Below are positions 1 through 8,211 of a stretch of DNA of 64,000 nucleotides, one piece after another. The notes under the pieces are model-generated. The model worked only from the letters and a program-made list of their open reading frames with translations, did no database searches and was not told where the DNA came from. Position numbers and translations under genes: made by a program. Every line of letters begins with the position of its first letter. The stretch's first letter is position 1. The DNA comes from a virus, in IMG/VR virus record IMGVR_UViG_3300028138_000003, positions 429-64,428 of that record; one strand, 5' to 3'.

Positions 1-397
1 GGAGGCGTAAGCAGCGCTCGCCGACATCTCGACGTTGATCACGCGCTGGTCGCTGAACTCCTTCAGCAGCGTTCCGTCGTTGCCCCCGATCTCGACCACG
101 GTGCTTTCATTGTCGAGAGCCAATCGCGAGATCATGTCGCAGGCGTACTTCACCGCGTTTCTGACCGTGCCAGGAACACTGCCTGAGAAGAACGGATAGT
201 CCGAGCCGAACAGCTCATCGTGCGGCACGTCGTAGTCAAGCTGCAGCAGATTGCAGTGGCGGCACAGCACGAGCCGCAGCGGATACTCCCGACGACCTAT
301 GCTGATGGGGTTGTCCAGTAACGCGTTACTGGCTGGCTGCCTGCCTAGGTTCAGGACCTCGGTGAGCCCGCATGCATTGCAGGCCCGGCAGTGGATG
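1..397 (-). CDS. NDP-hexose C-methyltransferase (TylCIII-like), N-terminal portion; its 3' part runs off the window start
   Basis: GTG start at 397 overlaps the upstream stop (GTGA). The translation VKRIHCRACNACGLTEVLNLGRQPASNALLDNP...LCRHCNLL matches the putative zinc-binding domain of C-methyltransferases (Methyltransf_13-type; recalled pattern CxxC...LG.QP.SNA). It is followed by SAM motif I (VVEIGGNDGTLL). The frame remains open to base 1. Confidence 0.6.
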
Positions 398-401
398 CGT
401 T

Positions 402-701
402 TCACGTGGGCTCCCGGGGCTCTAGGCACATGGAAAGAGGCACGTCGAATCGCGCACGCGCCAGCTCTCTGTGAAGGATCGCGCGCGTCTCGCACTCGGC
501 GAACAGCATGCGTACGACCGCGGCTGCGGAGACCTCCGACACGTGCTTGACCACTTCCGCTTTGTTGTGCGTGAAGTCGACCTCGTCTATGTGCACGCGC
601 GTGAAGACCTGCCCCTTGGCGAAGGTCTCAAGCACGCGCAGCAGTTCCTTGTTGATGGCCTCAAGAGCGGAGATCTCGGATTTGCAGTATGGGCAGTTCA
701 T
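402..701 (-). CDS. hypothetical 99-aa protein (N-terminal CPYC motif)
   Basis: ATG at 701 overlaps the stop of the upstream methyltransferase (ATGA). The product begins MNCPYCKSEISALEAINKELL. Its stop at 402 is followed by the GTG start of the next gene. Confidence 0.45.
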   Translation of the reverse strand: MNCPYCKSEISALEAINKELLRVLETFAKGQVFTRVHIDEVDFTHNKAEVVKHVSEVSAAAVVRMLFAECETRAILHRELARARFDVPLSMCLEPREPT

Positions 702-1264
702 TTGAGCTTCTTGAATGCGAAGAAGAGGGAGTACTCGTCGTTCTGGTCGCAGACCTGATAGTCCACGAGATCCCAGTTCCACGCCGTCTTGGCCATAGCC
801 TCGACGACGCGATCGTAGTTGACGTTCCACAGCTGGCGCGGGTGCGCATCCGGCGCTGCGGGAATGCCGCGCTCGGGCTCGGCGCACTTGGGGTACTGCT
901 TCTCGTCGGGCAGGTAGAGCACGACGTGGGCGTTCGTCTTGATCACGCGCATCCAGTTGCGCAGCGCCTCGGGCACCTGCTTGTACGGGAAGTACTGCAG
1001 CAGGTAGGAGGAGTAGGCGTAGTCCCACTGACCGGCGGAGAACGCCGCTAGCTCCACGGCGTCGATCTGGACGTTCGGGGTGACTGGGAGGCCCATCTCG
1101 CCGTCCCGCCCATTATCTACGCCGCAGACGAACTCGGTTTCGAAGAGCCGCTGGGCTCCGCAGCCTATGTCTAGGCCTCGGCCGGCGGTATAGGGTACGG
1201 CACGCCAGCGCGTCTTGGCCGTCTCATTGACGTTTACGATCGGAAACGCTGGGTTGCGCGCCAT
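698..1264 (-). CDS. class I SAM-dependent methyltransferase (possible sugar O-/N-methyltransferase)
   Basis: Motif I is present (RGLDIGCGAQRLFETEF). The ATG at 1264 has an AGGAAG RBS 6 nt upstream. An alternative TTG start lies at 1291. Confidence 0.6.
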   Translation of the reverse strand: MARNPAFPIVNVNETAKTRWRAVPYTAGRGLDIGCGAQRLFETEFVCGVDNGRDGEMGLPVTPNVQIDAVELAAFSAGQWDYAYSSYLLQYFPYKQVPEALRNWMRVIKTNAHVVLYLPDEKQYPKCAEPERGIPAAPDAHPRQLWNVNYDRVVEAMAKTAWNWDLVDYQVCDQNDEYSLFFAFKKLK

Positions 1265-1300
1265 CAAAGCTTCCTGGTGCTCGAGGGGCAATCATCTTAG

Positions 1301-1331
1301 GGCAAAAGAAAAGGGGCCACAAGGGCCCCTT
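1301..1331 (-). terminator. rho-independent terminator downstream of the fibre-like gene (minus strand)
   Basis: Perfect 8-bp GC-rich stem AAGGGGCC / GGCCCCTT (1311-1318 and 1324-1331) with a 5-nt loop. On the minus strand it is followed by TTCTTTTGCC (1301-1310). Confidence 0.7.
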
Positions 1332-1362
1332 AAAAAGAAAGACAGTTTTTATTGGATTCGTG

Positions 1363-2028
1363 TTACCGGCTGAACGATCCGCCCGGGGTCCAAGTGTACT
1401 CGATTTCCACTGCGTACTGCGCCAGCGTATCGGTTCCACGCGAGACGACGAGAACGTCGTTCGGTCCTACGGTGAGACCACCGTTCGGGCCAGAGGGGAA
1501 CACGTAGTTGCCCTGCGTGTTGGTGCCGGCAGGAGCCGTCACGATCACGGTGCAGGTTCCGCCAACCAGCGGGATCACGGTGGGGTTGTAGGCCACCTGA
1601 GTTCCGAGGCCAACGAACTGCGTGCCGGTGGGTCCAACGTAGCTGCCGGTCAGGGTCCCGACGACGTTGGTGTAGATGCAGAACTGCACCTTGTTGATGC
1701 CGGTGCCGAGGTTCGTCCCGTTGCCGACGGTTACCGCAGTCGCGGTGGCAGTTCCGAAGACCTGCGCGTTGTACGACTGGAGGGTAAGACCGATGAAGTC
1801 AGCAGCCGTGGGGGCCACGAGCGGGATCACGGTGATCGAACGAACCTGCTTGCCCATGAGTCCGCCGCAGAGCGCGGCGTTCGGGCTTCCGCCGTTGTTC
1901 GTCGCGGAGCCGAGAGCTCCGAGAACGAATACGGCAACCTGCGGATCCGGATACTGCTCGTCGTATGCGAACGATCGTCCGCCGCCCGGGAGCAGAAGGG
2001 GTGAATTGACTGACGGTTGGTTAGCCAT
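1363..2028 (-). CDS. Gly/Thr-rich beta-structure (tail-fibre-like) protein, 221 aa
   Basis: The composition resembles fibre and adhesin proteins (GTATATAVTVGNGTNLGTG..., TVIPLVGGTCTVIVTAPAGTNTQGNY). It is a monocistronic unit with its own strong terminator and sits among the glycosylation genes. Confidence 0.5.
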   Translation of the reverse strand: MANQPSVNSPLLLPGGGRSFAYDEQYPDPQVAVFVLGALGSATNNGGSPNAALCGGLMGKQVRSITVIPLVAPTAADFIGLTLQSYNAQVFGTATATAVTVGNGTNLGTGINKVQFCIYTNVVGTLTGSYVGPTGTQFVGLGTQVAYNPTVIPLVGGTCTVIVTAPAGTNTQGNYVFPSGPNGGLTVGPNDVLVVSRGTDTLAQYAVEIEYTWTPGGSFSR

Positions 2029-2175
2029 TGAATGAGTCCTCTATGAGTTGTCGCCACCCGACATACGGAACCAATGCGGGTCCGCAGGGATGGCTGCAGA
2101 GGACTCGCCGACCCCCTGTATAGGCGTACAGGGGCGGCGGGGGAAGCTCGACCGGGTCAGGCTGTGATCAGGCTC

Positions 2176-2391
2176 TCACTTACCGGCGGGGCCGGGGACG
2201 CATCCCTCCGCCCCGTGGACGACCCCGTCATTCGTGGCCCAGTAGTTCGGCCACACGATCCAACCGTGGGGGCAAACGCTGTTCCGGCCGACCCGCTCCA
2301 TATAGCCGGGCTCGGGAGTGACGCAGTTGTTCGGTCGTATGCGCTGCGGGCCGAGATAAGAGGTCGGCTCAATCCTGATCTTCGCTTTCAT
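2176..2391 (-). CDS. hypothetical small Cys-containing protein, 71 aa
   Basis: GGAG RBS lies 8 nt before the ATG at 2391. An ATGA overlap joins it to the stop of the glycosyltransferase gene. Confidence 0.4.
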   Translation of the reverse strand: MKAKIRIEPTSYLGPQRIRPNNCVTPEPGYMERVGRNSVCPHGWIVWPNYWATNDGVVHGAEGCVPGPAGK

Positions 2392-3389
2392 CTGGTCAGC
2401 TCCTTGATTGCTTTGGCAGCCTCGATACACAGGGTCAGGGCGTCCTGCGCACGATAATTGAAGGCCTCCACGCCTCCCGGGAAGACCGAGAGGTTGTAGC
2501 CGCGCAGGCAGCAGTACATGGCGAACATGGACGTGGTCAGCAGCATCGTGTGGAGCCCGGGCGCCTCCACGGCGTCAGTGGCCTCTTCGATCATGGTGTT
2601 GAGCCACTCGATCTGGTTGAGGAAGTCCCGCTCCTTGCACTGGAGCGCTGCGGGGCTGAAGTGCTTGCGGCCGTATTCCGTCATGTTGGAACCAGGCACA
2701 GGCGCCCGCATCACGAGCAGTGGGCGCGGGTCGAACAGGATCGAGCCCTTGACCGCAGCGTGCGCCACGACCATGTGATCCCAGCCGGCGCACATGTGGC
2801 GCACTGGCACCTGCCGGCGGATCTCTTCGTTCCACAGGCCGAATAGCGGCGTGCAGTCGATGCCGCTGATGATCCACTGGGGCACGAAGGGCAGCGGCAT
2901 GTTGCCTGCGGATTGCAGGTAGTTGGCGTACTGCCCGACGAACTGGTCGTCCTCGTTAACCTGCGCCGTGTGCGTGTAGACGAGTGCCGGCTTGTTGCCG
3001 GCCTTGCGCTCGTTGTCCAAGCGGCTCACGAGGGTCGCAAGATGCTCGGAGTTGGGCCAGTAGTCGTGCCCGCCCAGCGTGATGCTGTAATCGACAGGCA
3101 GCGAGGAGATGTATTCCCAGCCAAACTTCATGGCGGGAATGCCAGCGAGGCCCTGCGGCATCGCAACGAACACCACCTTGCCGGGATTCGACTCCACGTA
3201 GTTGAGCGCGATCTGATCCGCTCCGTCGAGGCTGTGGTTATCGAAGATGTAGAGCGTGAAGTCTTTGTAGCTCTGGTTGAGCACGGACTCGATCGCCTTC
3301 GCAATGTGCTTGGCGTTGCCGTAGTTGTTGATCCAGACAGCTACCTCAGACACGAGTCTTCTCCCTTCCGCGACCGAAGTTACCGCCAA
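2388..3389 (-). CDS. family 2 glycosyltransferase (GT-A fold)
   Basis: The N-terminal GT2 signature is present (VWINNYGNAKHIAKAIESVLNQSYKDFTLYIFDNHSLDG, DxD-type). There is no C-terminal TM segment. An alternative GTG start at 3353 has a GGGAGA RBS. Confidence 0.75.
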   Translation of the reverse strand: MAVTSVAEGRRLVSEVAVWINNYGNAKHIAKAIESVLNQSYKDFTLYIFDNHSLDGADQIALNYVESNPGKVVFVAMPQGLAGIPAMKFGWEYISSLPVDYSITLGGHDYWPNSEHLATLVSRLDNERKAGNKPALVYTHTAQVNEDDQFVGQYANYLQSAGNMPLPFVPQWIISGIDCTPLFGLWNEEIRRQVPVRHMCAGWDHMVVAHAAVKGSILFDPRPLLVMRAPVPGSNMTEYGRKHFSPAALQCKERDFLNQIEWLNTMIEEATDAVEAPGLHTMLLTTSMFAMYCCLRGYNLSVFPGGVEAFNYRAQDALTLCIEAAKAIKELTR

Positions 3390-3615
3390 CCGACGGGTGC
3401 TGGGTGTAGATCCCTTGCTTCGATCTGTTCTCTTGCGTCCGCGCTCTGTTGACGAGCGTGCTCACCTTGGAGCGCCGTATGCGCTGAGCCAGATTGAGGC
3501 GCGGGCGCACCGGGTGCAGCAGTGGCAAGGAGCCGCCGCACTCCGTGCAGACTCGCTTCACGAACAGCGTGTCCTTGCCGCAGGGAGCGCAGGGCGCGTT
3601 AACCAGCTTGGCCAT
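3346..3615 (-). CDS. zinc-ribbon protein, 89 aa
   Basis: Two CxxC pairs are present (CAPCGKD...CTECGG). GAGGTG RBS lies 6 nt before the ATG at 3615. The 3' end overlaps the start of the GT2 gene. Confidence 0.4.
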   Translation of the reverse strand: MAKLVNAPCAPCGKDTLFVKRVCTECGGSLPLLHPVRPRLNLAQRIRRSKVSTLVNRARTQENRSKQGIYTQHPSVGGNFGRGREKTRV

Positions 3616-3681
3616 AGAACACCTCAAACAAACCGTCGGTGAAGTCGAACGTCTTCTCGACGTCCGGCAGGTCGTCCATGC

Positions 3682-4014
3682 TCAGGGGCACTTGGTTAGG
3701 TTCCCACCCGGAGCGATATAGATTGCTGTCGGGCAGCCGGCGTCGTTCGCCTTCAGGGTGCTTTGGTCCCATGAGCTACTTACCAGTAAGAGCGTCGCGC
3801 TCTGCGCGCTCGGCGTTGATGACGACGAGGTCGTGCTCGGCTGCGCTGATAAGCTGTTCGACAGCGCTTTCAACGCTTCCGGCAGCTGGAGCTGCTCCCG
3901 ATGCGGGGGCGGCGGGACCTGATAGCACGGGGCAGCTACCGTGAGTGGCTTGGTAGTTGCGCAACCTGCGAGTAAGGTCATCAGCGTTGGTAGCAGCAGC
4001 TTTGAGCTGTTCAT
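3682..4014 (-). CDS. o-spanin (Rz1-like lipoprotein), embedded in and extending past Rz
   Basis: The +1-frame ORF starts MNSSKLLLPTLMTLLAGC (signal peptide with LAGC lipobox). A proline-rich stretch follows (PPPPHREQLQLP). Confidence 0.55.
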   Translation of the reverse strand: MNSSKLLLPTLMTLLAGCATTKPLTVAAPCYQVPPPPHREQLQLPEALKALSNSLSAQPSTTSSSSTPSAQSATLLLVSSSWDQSTLKANDAGCPTAIYIAPGGNLTKCP

Positions 4015-4249
4015 CCTGTTTCTCCTGAATTGTGGCGAGAGCGATCCCGTACTCTTTGTCGAGCCGGTCGATTGTCTCTTGGGCCTCGGCCTTGGTTTTC
4101 TCGCTGGCAGCTTGCACGGCAGCCACTTCATGCGCTGCGCCGATGCGGCGCTCGTGCACGGTGTAACAGCCGAAGGCTGTCAGCAGCGCGACGATCGCGC
4201 CGACGTACAGCCAGTCTTTCAACGGGATCAAATTCAACAGTGCTAACAT
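3776..4249 (-). CDS. i-spanin (Rz-like)
   Basis: The N-terminal TM segment is LALLNLIPLKDWLYVGAIVALLTAF. It is followed by a charged coiled-coil periplasmic domain. An o-spanin ORF is embedded in another frame. Confidence 0.7.
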   Translation of the reverse strand: MLALLNLIPLKDWLYVGAIVALLTAFGCYTVHERRIGAAHEVAAVQAASEKTKAEAQETIDRLDKEYGIALATIQEKQDEQLKAAATNADDLTRRLRNYQATHGSCPVLSGPAAPASGAAPAAGSVESAVEQLISAAEHDLVVINAERAERDALTGK

Positions 4250-4383
4250 TTTGGGTCTCCTGCCGTGTCGTGTTCGGACAGTGGGACCGGGGCCGGCTCC
4301 TCCTGCGAAACCGGCTCCCGATGATGGTATTTATACCTGATATCCGCCCCGAAGAACAGCAGGCCGACTACGAGCCAGATCAT
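4246..4383 (-). CDS. small single-TM protein, 45 aa
   Basis: The product is MIWLVVGLLFFGADIRYKYHH.... GGAGG RBS lies 6 nt upstream. Its stop overlaps the Rz ATG (ATGTTAG). It falls below the 60-aa threshold of the ORF track. Confidence 0.4.
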
Positions 4384-4495
4384 CTGCGCCTCCAGTAGTT
4401 ACCGATCCAGACGCGGTACCGGGACCGGGCCCAGTTCCGGGGATCGGAGTATTCCTTCCACGCGCGCAGCAGCGCGATGCGCACCCTGATAGGGG

Positions 4496-5785
4496 TCACG
4501 GTCCAACCTGCTGCGTGGCGAAGCCCTGAATGCTGTTACCGCTCGCCGTATCGCCCGTGTCGGGCTCGGGCAGCTGCGCGGCAGCGTACGCGGAGAAGAG
4601 GATCCCCACGCTCGCCGTATCGCCCGCGCCGCCCGCCAGGCTATTGCCCGTGACGCTGACGTAGGGGCATCCCTCAAGGAGTATGCCGATTGCGCGCGTG
4701 GCGCCGTTCACGGTGTCCACGTAGGCTAGGTCGTTGTTGCTGATCGCGCCGTCGTGCACGTTATAGAGCGCGTAGATCCCGGCGTTCGCGCTCGCGAGGA
4801 TGCGATTGCCGTTGACGGTGAAGAACGCGGTGCCCAAGTCCAAGCCGATGGCCGGGGAGTTGGTGCTCGACATGGTGTTGCCGGCGAGAGTGAGATCGAC
4901 ACTGGTCGCAAACTCGCTCAGCCCCGCGCCGGTCGTGGTGTTGTTGGCGAACGTCGCGCCCTTTGAGTACTCGCTGTAAAGCGGATCGGCAGTGCCGTGC
5001 GTCGTGACACTGATGCGCTGCACGGTCGCATTCAGCGTGCTGAGAATCGCGACGCCCACTGCGCTGCCGGCGGCAGAGGGATCGACGACTATGCTCAAGT
5101 CCTGCACCGCAAGATCCTGCGTCACGAAGATCTTCTGAAAGCCCACGCCGCTCGTGATCGTGCCGCCGGTGCTTGGCGTATACGGGAATGGCGTGCTGAA
5201 GGCTTGCCGGAACGGCACGGTGACGTTGACTGTCGTGCCGCTGACGTTTGCAACCTGCACCCAGTCGACCGTGGTCGCGTACGAGGTGTGGAAGGTGCCG
5301 TCCTTAATGCCGGGGTCCCAGTTCGTTATCAGCAGCCAATCGCCGGCGCCAATTCCCGCCAGGTCGCTCGAGTTGGCGGCCTGGAACGAGGTGTCGCCCA
5401 CGTTGATGGCGCCAGCCACCTCAAGAGGGATAGTGGCCGAGAGCGCGCAGCGCGTCGTGATGACGCGATCATTCTGGCAGTGCTTGACAGTGCCCGGGGC
5501 GGGCGGCTCGTAGAACAGTACCGTGCTCGCACCGTGGCCCTGCAGCGTCGTGCCGCTATGGGACATCATCAGCGTGCGCGAGATGTGGTACGTGCGCGCG
5601 TCCAGCTGCACGACTCCGCCGGCATCCAGCAGCGCTTGCACGGCTGCGGTGTCGTCGACCACCGGAGGTGGCGGCGGCGCCTTGATATCGGGCGGCGGCA
5701 CGGTAACGTGCGGCGCCGGTGGCGTGACTCCCCCACCGCAAGCGGCGAGGGCGAGTGTTACTGCAATCGGGATTAACTTGTTCAT
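4496..5785 (-). CDS. exported lipoprotein with right-handed beta-helix (pectate-lyase-like) domain
   Basis: The signal is MNKLIPIAVTLALAACGG (lipobox). A Pro-rich linker follows. Repetitive beta-helix segments are present (NVHDGAISNNDLAYVDTVNGA..., GNSLAGGAGDT). ATGA coupling joins it to the upstream small gene. Confidence 0.6.
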   Translation of the reverse strand: MNKLIPIAVTLALAACGGGVTPPAPHVTVPPPDIKAPPPPPVVDDTAAVQALLDAGGVVQLDARTYHISRTLMMSHSGTTLQGHGASTVLFYEPPAPGTVKHCQNDRVITTRCALSATIPLEVAGAINVGDTSFQAANSSDLAGIGAGDWLLITNWDPGIKDGTFHTSYATTVDWVQVANVSGTTVNVTVPFRQAFSTPFPYTPSTGGTITSGVGFQKIFVTQDLAVQDLSIVVDPSAAGSAVGVAILSTLNATVQRISVTTHGTADPLYSEYSKGATFANNTTTGAGLSEFATSVDLTLAGNTMSSTNSPAIGLDLGTAFFTVNGNRILASANAGIYALYNVHDGAISNNDLAYVDTVNGATRAIGILLEGCPYVSVTGNSLAGGAGDTASVGILFSAYAAAQLPEPDTGDTASGNSIQGFATQQVGP

Positions 5786-5910
5786 TTCCACAACCTCATG
5801 ATGACGTTCGCGGCGACATCGACTGCCTTGTTGAGAGCGTAGATGAGAATGCCCGCCAATACGACAGCGATCCCCAGCGCGATGCTGACGATGATCAGTG
5901 CGGTTTTCAT
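5785..5910 (-). CDS. small single-TM protein, 41 aa (holin/antiholin-like)
   Basis: The product is MKTALIIVSIALGIAVVLAGILIYALNKAV.... GGAGAA RBS is present. ATGA overlaps occur at both ends. Confidence 0.4.
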
Positions 5911-6077
5911 TCAGTTCTCCATGGCGTGCTCGTGAGCATTCGCCAGATACGTTTCTGCAGCGCCGCCTCGGCGCGGTATCGGCGTGCGTTGGCCGCGCGC
6001 CGTGCTCTGTTGGCCATCTGCCATGCCCGCTTGCCGGCTTTGTAGGCCTCGTGCTGTTCGGGAGTTAGCTTTCTCAT
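5907..6077 (-). CDS. small basic protein, 56 aa
   Basis: The product is MRKLTPEQHEAYKAGKRAWQMANRARRAANARRYR.... It is ATGA-coupled on both sides. Confidence 0.35.
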   Translation of the reverse strand: MRKLTPEQHEAYKAGKRAWQMANRARRAANARRYRAEAALQKRIWRMLTSTPWRTE

Positions 6078-6235
6078 GGCTCCATTTCCACCAATGCGGT
6101 GATTGCCATGAACACCCAACTGATCGTGGCCAGCAGCGCCCAGCCTGTGGGCAGCACGCTCCACATCAAGCCAAGCGCGCCGAAGAACACGAAGGCTATG
6201 GCGCCGGAGAGCAGTATCCTGATGAGCGTGCTCAT
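6074..6235 (-). CDS. two-TM small membrane protein, 53 aa (class II holin-like)
   Basis: The product is MSTLIRILLSGAIAFVFFGALGLMWSVLPTGWALLATISWVFMAITALVEMEP. It has two hydrophobic helices and is ATGA-coupled. Confidence 0.45.
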   Translation of the reverse strand: MSTLIRILLSGAIAFVFFGALGLMWSVLPTGWALLATISWVFMAITALVEMEP

Positions 6236-6406
6236 CGTGGCATCCCTCGCAGGCAGATGGCGTGCTCCATGCCTACGAGGCCTTGGCCCATCCGCTCGTT
6301 GACCCAGCGGGCCTGCGCCGTGCACTCCGCTTGCGTAGCCTGCGGGATTGCCTGCGATGTGTTCCAGTCCATGCCGAAAATGATCAGATACCAGATCGTG
6401 TTCATG
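6232..6406 (-). CDS. hypothetical 57-aa protein
   Basis: The product is [34 protein letters not shown].... Its start overlaps the DNA methyltransferase stop (ATGA), and its stop overlaps the next ATG. Confidence 0.35.
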
Positions 6407-7370
6407 CTGCGATCTCCATTACGCTTTCGATGAAGGCTTGCGCGACCTGAGGAACGATTGCATTGCCGTAGCCCCGCAGGAGTCCCACTCGACCGGGTAC
6501 CCCATGAGCCAGCGGGAATGTGCCGGGTTCAATTGGCCGCCACTTCCCATCTCGGCAGCCAACCAAGCAGTGCGTCCAAGTAGCGCGTTGATCGGCGCGG
6601 AGCCGTCGCTGGCTCCATCCTTGTGGTCGCGCGTCGTCGGGGTTGGCCAACTCGCCAGCTGGGCTTGCAACGATAGACTCGTAAGACTCACTCCGCAGGC
6701 GCCGTTCAAGTTCCGCTTGCGATTCAGGAACTGCTCCGGCGTGCCGCCCGCTTCCTGTGCGGCTGGGGTGGCCCACGTGGCCAGCTTCGCTGCCCCGCCC
6801 AGCTTCAGACACGGACGGTTGTGATCCCCGTTGCCGTAGCTGTAGTCGCTCCCCTTGCTGTCGTTCACCACCGGCGAGGGCCACCCAATAGAGCCGCTGG
6901 CGGATGTGCGGGGCGCCGACGCTCGCAGCGCACAGATCCGCAGCCCCAACGGCGTAACCCTGTGCTTCCATGTCAGTTGATACAGAGTCGAGCCAGTTGA
7001 GGCCAAGCGGGCTCGCAACTTGCTCTCCAAAGACGACTGGAGGCTTGCACTCGCGAATGAGCGCCTCCCATACGTGCCAAAGGTCTCGGGCATCATTCTC
7101 CCGCCGGCGGCTGTTGGCAACGCTGAAGGGCTGGCACGGACAAGATCCGGTCCAGACTGGTCTGTCGTCGGGCCACCCCGCCATCCGGAGAGCAAGAGGC
7201 CACCCTCCGATGCCAGCGAAGAAATGCGCTTGAGTGTATCCGCTGAGCTCTCCTGGTTTGACCTCTTCGATCGATCGCTCATCGACGTCTCCTGCCGGCA
7301 GATGGCCGGCCAATATCAGTTCGCGCAGCCACGCTGCGGCCTTGGGGTCGAATTCGTTGTAGTAGATCAT
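6402..7370 (-). CDS. DNA (cytosine-5)-methyltransferase, orphan (no cognate restriction gene seen)
   Basis: C5-methyltransferase motifs are present: [47 protein letters not shown] low-complexity target-recognition region lies between them. Confidence 0.8.
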   Translation of the reverse strand: MIYYNEFDPKAAAWLRELILAGHLPAGDVDERSIEEVKPGELSGYTQAHFFAGIGGWPLALRMAGWPDDRPVWTGSCPCQPFSVANSRRRENDARDLWHVWEALIRECKPPVVFGEQVASPLGLNWLDSVSTDMEAQGYAVGAADLCAASVGAPHIRQRLYWVALAGGERQQGERLQLRQRGSQPSVSEAGRGSEAGHVGHPSRTGSGRHAGAVPESQAELERRLRSESYESIVASPAGELANPDDARPQGWSQRRLRADQRATWTHCLVGCRDGKWRPIEPGTFPLAHGVPGRVGLLRGYGNAIVPQVAQAFIESVMEIAA

Positions 7371-7379
7371 CGCGGCTCT

Positions 7380-7808
7380 TTACTCATTGGGAAACCCTTT
7401 CCACTTGTTCCAGCAGGAATGGTCCGCACCCCAAGAGGTGTGGCCTCCTGCTGCCCAGTAGTTCCGCCGGGCGCGTTTGTAGGTGTCGATCCGGTACTTG
7501 AGGGTCTGGATGGTCGCACCCCGGCCTTTCTTCCACGAGTTCCGGCGCCAGTAGCGCTCGCTGATCGCCTTGCAGCGCGGACAGGCGTCGCGCTTTTGCT
7601 GGTCGTCGAACCACTCACTGCTCGGACGCGCAGAGTTCGCATGCTCCGCAGGGCAGCGCTCGTATTCGGAATAGAAAGGCTCGACGTTGCCATCGTGCGG
7701 GTACTGGATCATGTCCATGCGCAGCTTGAGGATCTGCGCGTTGAGTTCGTCCTTGGCCTCGGCGAGGATCCGCGCGAATGACTCGCGTGCTTGTGCTCTG
7801 CTGTTCAT
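7380..7808 (-). CDS. hypothetical basic protein, 142 aa
   Basis: This is an ORF-track call; a CPRC motif is present. Its start overlaps the stop of the upstream gene (ATGA) within the coupled operon. Confidence 0.45.
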   Translation of the reverse strand: MNSRAQARESFARILAEAKDELNAQILKLRMDMIQYPHDGNVEPFYSEYERCPAEHANSARPSSEWFDDQQKRDACPRCKAISERYWRRNSWKKGRGATIQTLKYRIDTYKRARRNYWAAGGHTSWGADHSCWNKWKGFPNE

Positions 7809-8005
7809 TTGCGTAGCAACTCCTCAGTCTCGGCGACAGCCGCCGCCAGTTCAGTGATCGAGTCAGCCCGCCATGCGGCCTCCTCGGCCTCGCTCTGCTC
7901 CGGAAAGTCGTCCAGCACGTCGTGGCACCGGCGCAGCAACTCGCGCGTCTGCGTCTTGAGCTTGCGCAGGTAGCTCGGATCGTTGCGACCCTGTGGGTTA
8001 CTCAT
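7805..8005 (-). CDS. hypothetical acidic protein, 66 aa
   Basis: ATGA overlaps occur at both ends. Confidence 0.4.
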   Translation of the reverse strand: MSNPQGRNDPSYLRKLKTQTRELLRRCHDVLDDFPEQSEAEEAAWRADSITELAAAVAETEELLRK

Positions 8006-8211
8006 TTGATTAACTCCCGTGCTTTGGATGTTGCTTTCTGTAGCTCATCGAGGGCCTTAGTGCGGGCGAAGGTGTCGTCGGCCGACTCTGCTATGAATGT
8101 CTCAGCCGCCAGCACGAGGTTGCGCAGCGCCACTCGCGTCATATCCGCCTTGAGTATTGCGGCCTGCTTGGCATTCTTGGGTACGAAATGCTGCTGTTGT
8201 GACTTAGGCAT
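8002..8211 (-). CDS. hypothetical protein, 69 aa
   Basis: ATGA overlap downstream. The ATG at 8211 lies 8 nt inside the upstream stop (ATGCCTAA). Confidence 0.4.
   Translation of the reverse strand: MPKSQQQHFVPKNAKQAAILKADMTRVALRNLVLAAETFIAESADDTFARTKALDELQKATSKARELIK

Noticed and set aside
1-3. Simple circular join of base 1 to base 64000 giving a continuous C-methyltransferase ORF
   Set aside because: The frames do not match across a direct junction, and about 100 residues of the methyltransferase core are missing. I inferred a short missing segment rather than an exact circle.
1360-2035. Plus-strand ORFs (1360-2004, 1676-2035) opposite the fibre-like gene
   Set aside because: These are antisense shadows of a high-GC gene. 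They have no RBS and give Arg/Gly-rich nonsense translations.
6419-7282. 287-aa ORF overlapping the DNA methyltransferase gene in another frame
   Set aside because: The translation is low-complexity Ser/Ala/Arg, typical of an off-frame GC-rich artefact. The methyltransferase frame carries all the catalytic motifs.
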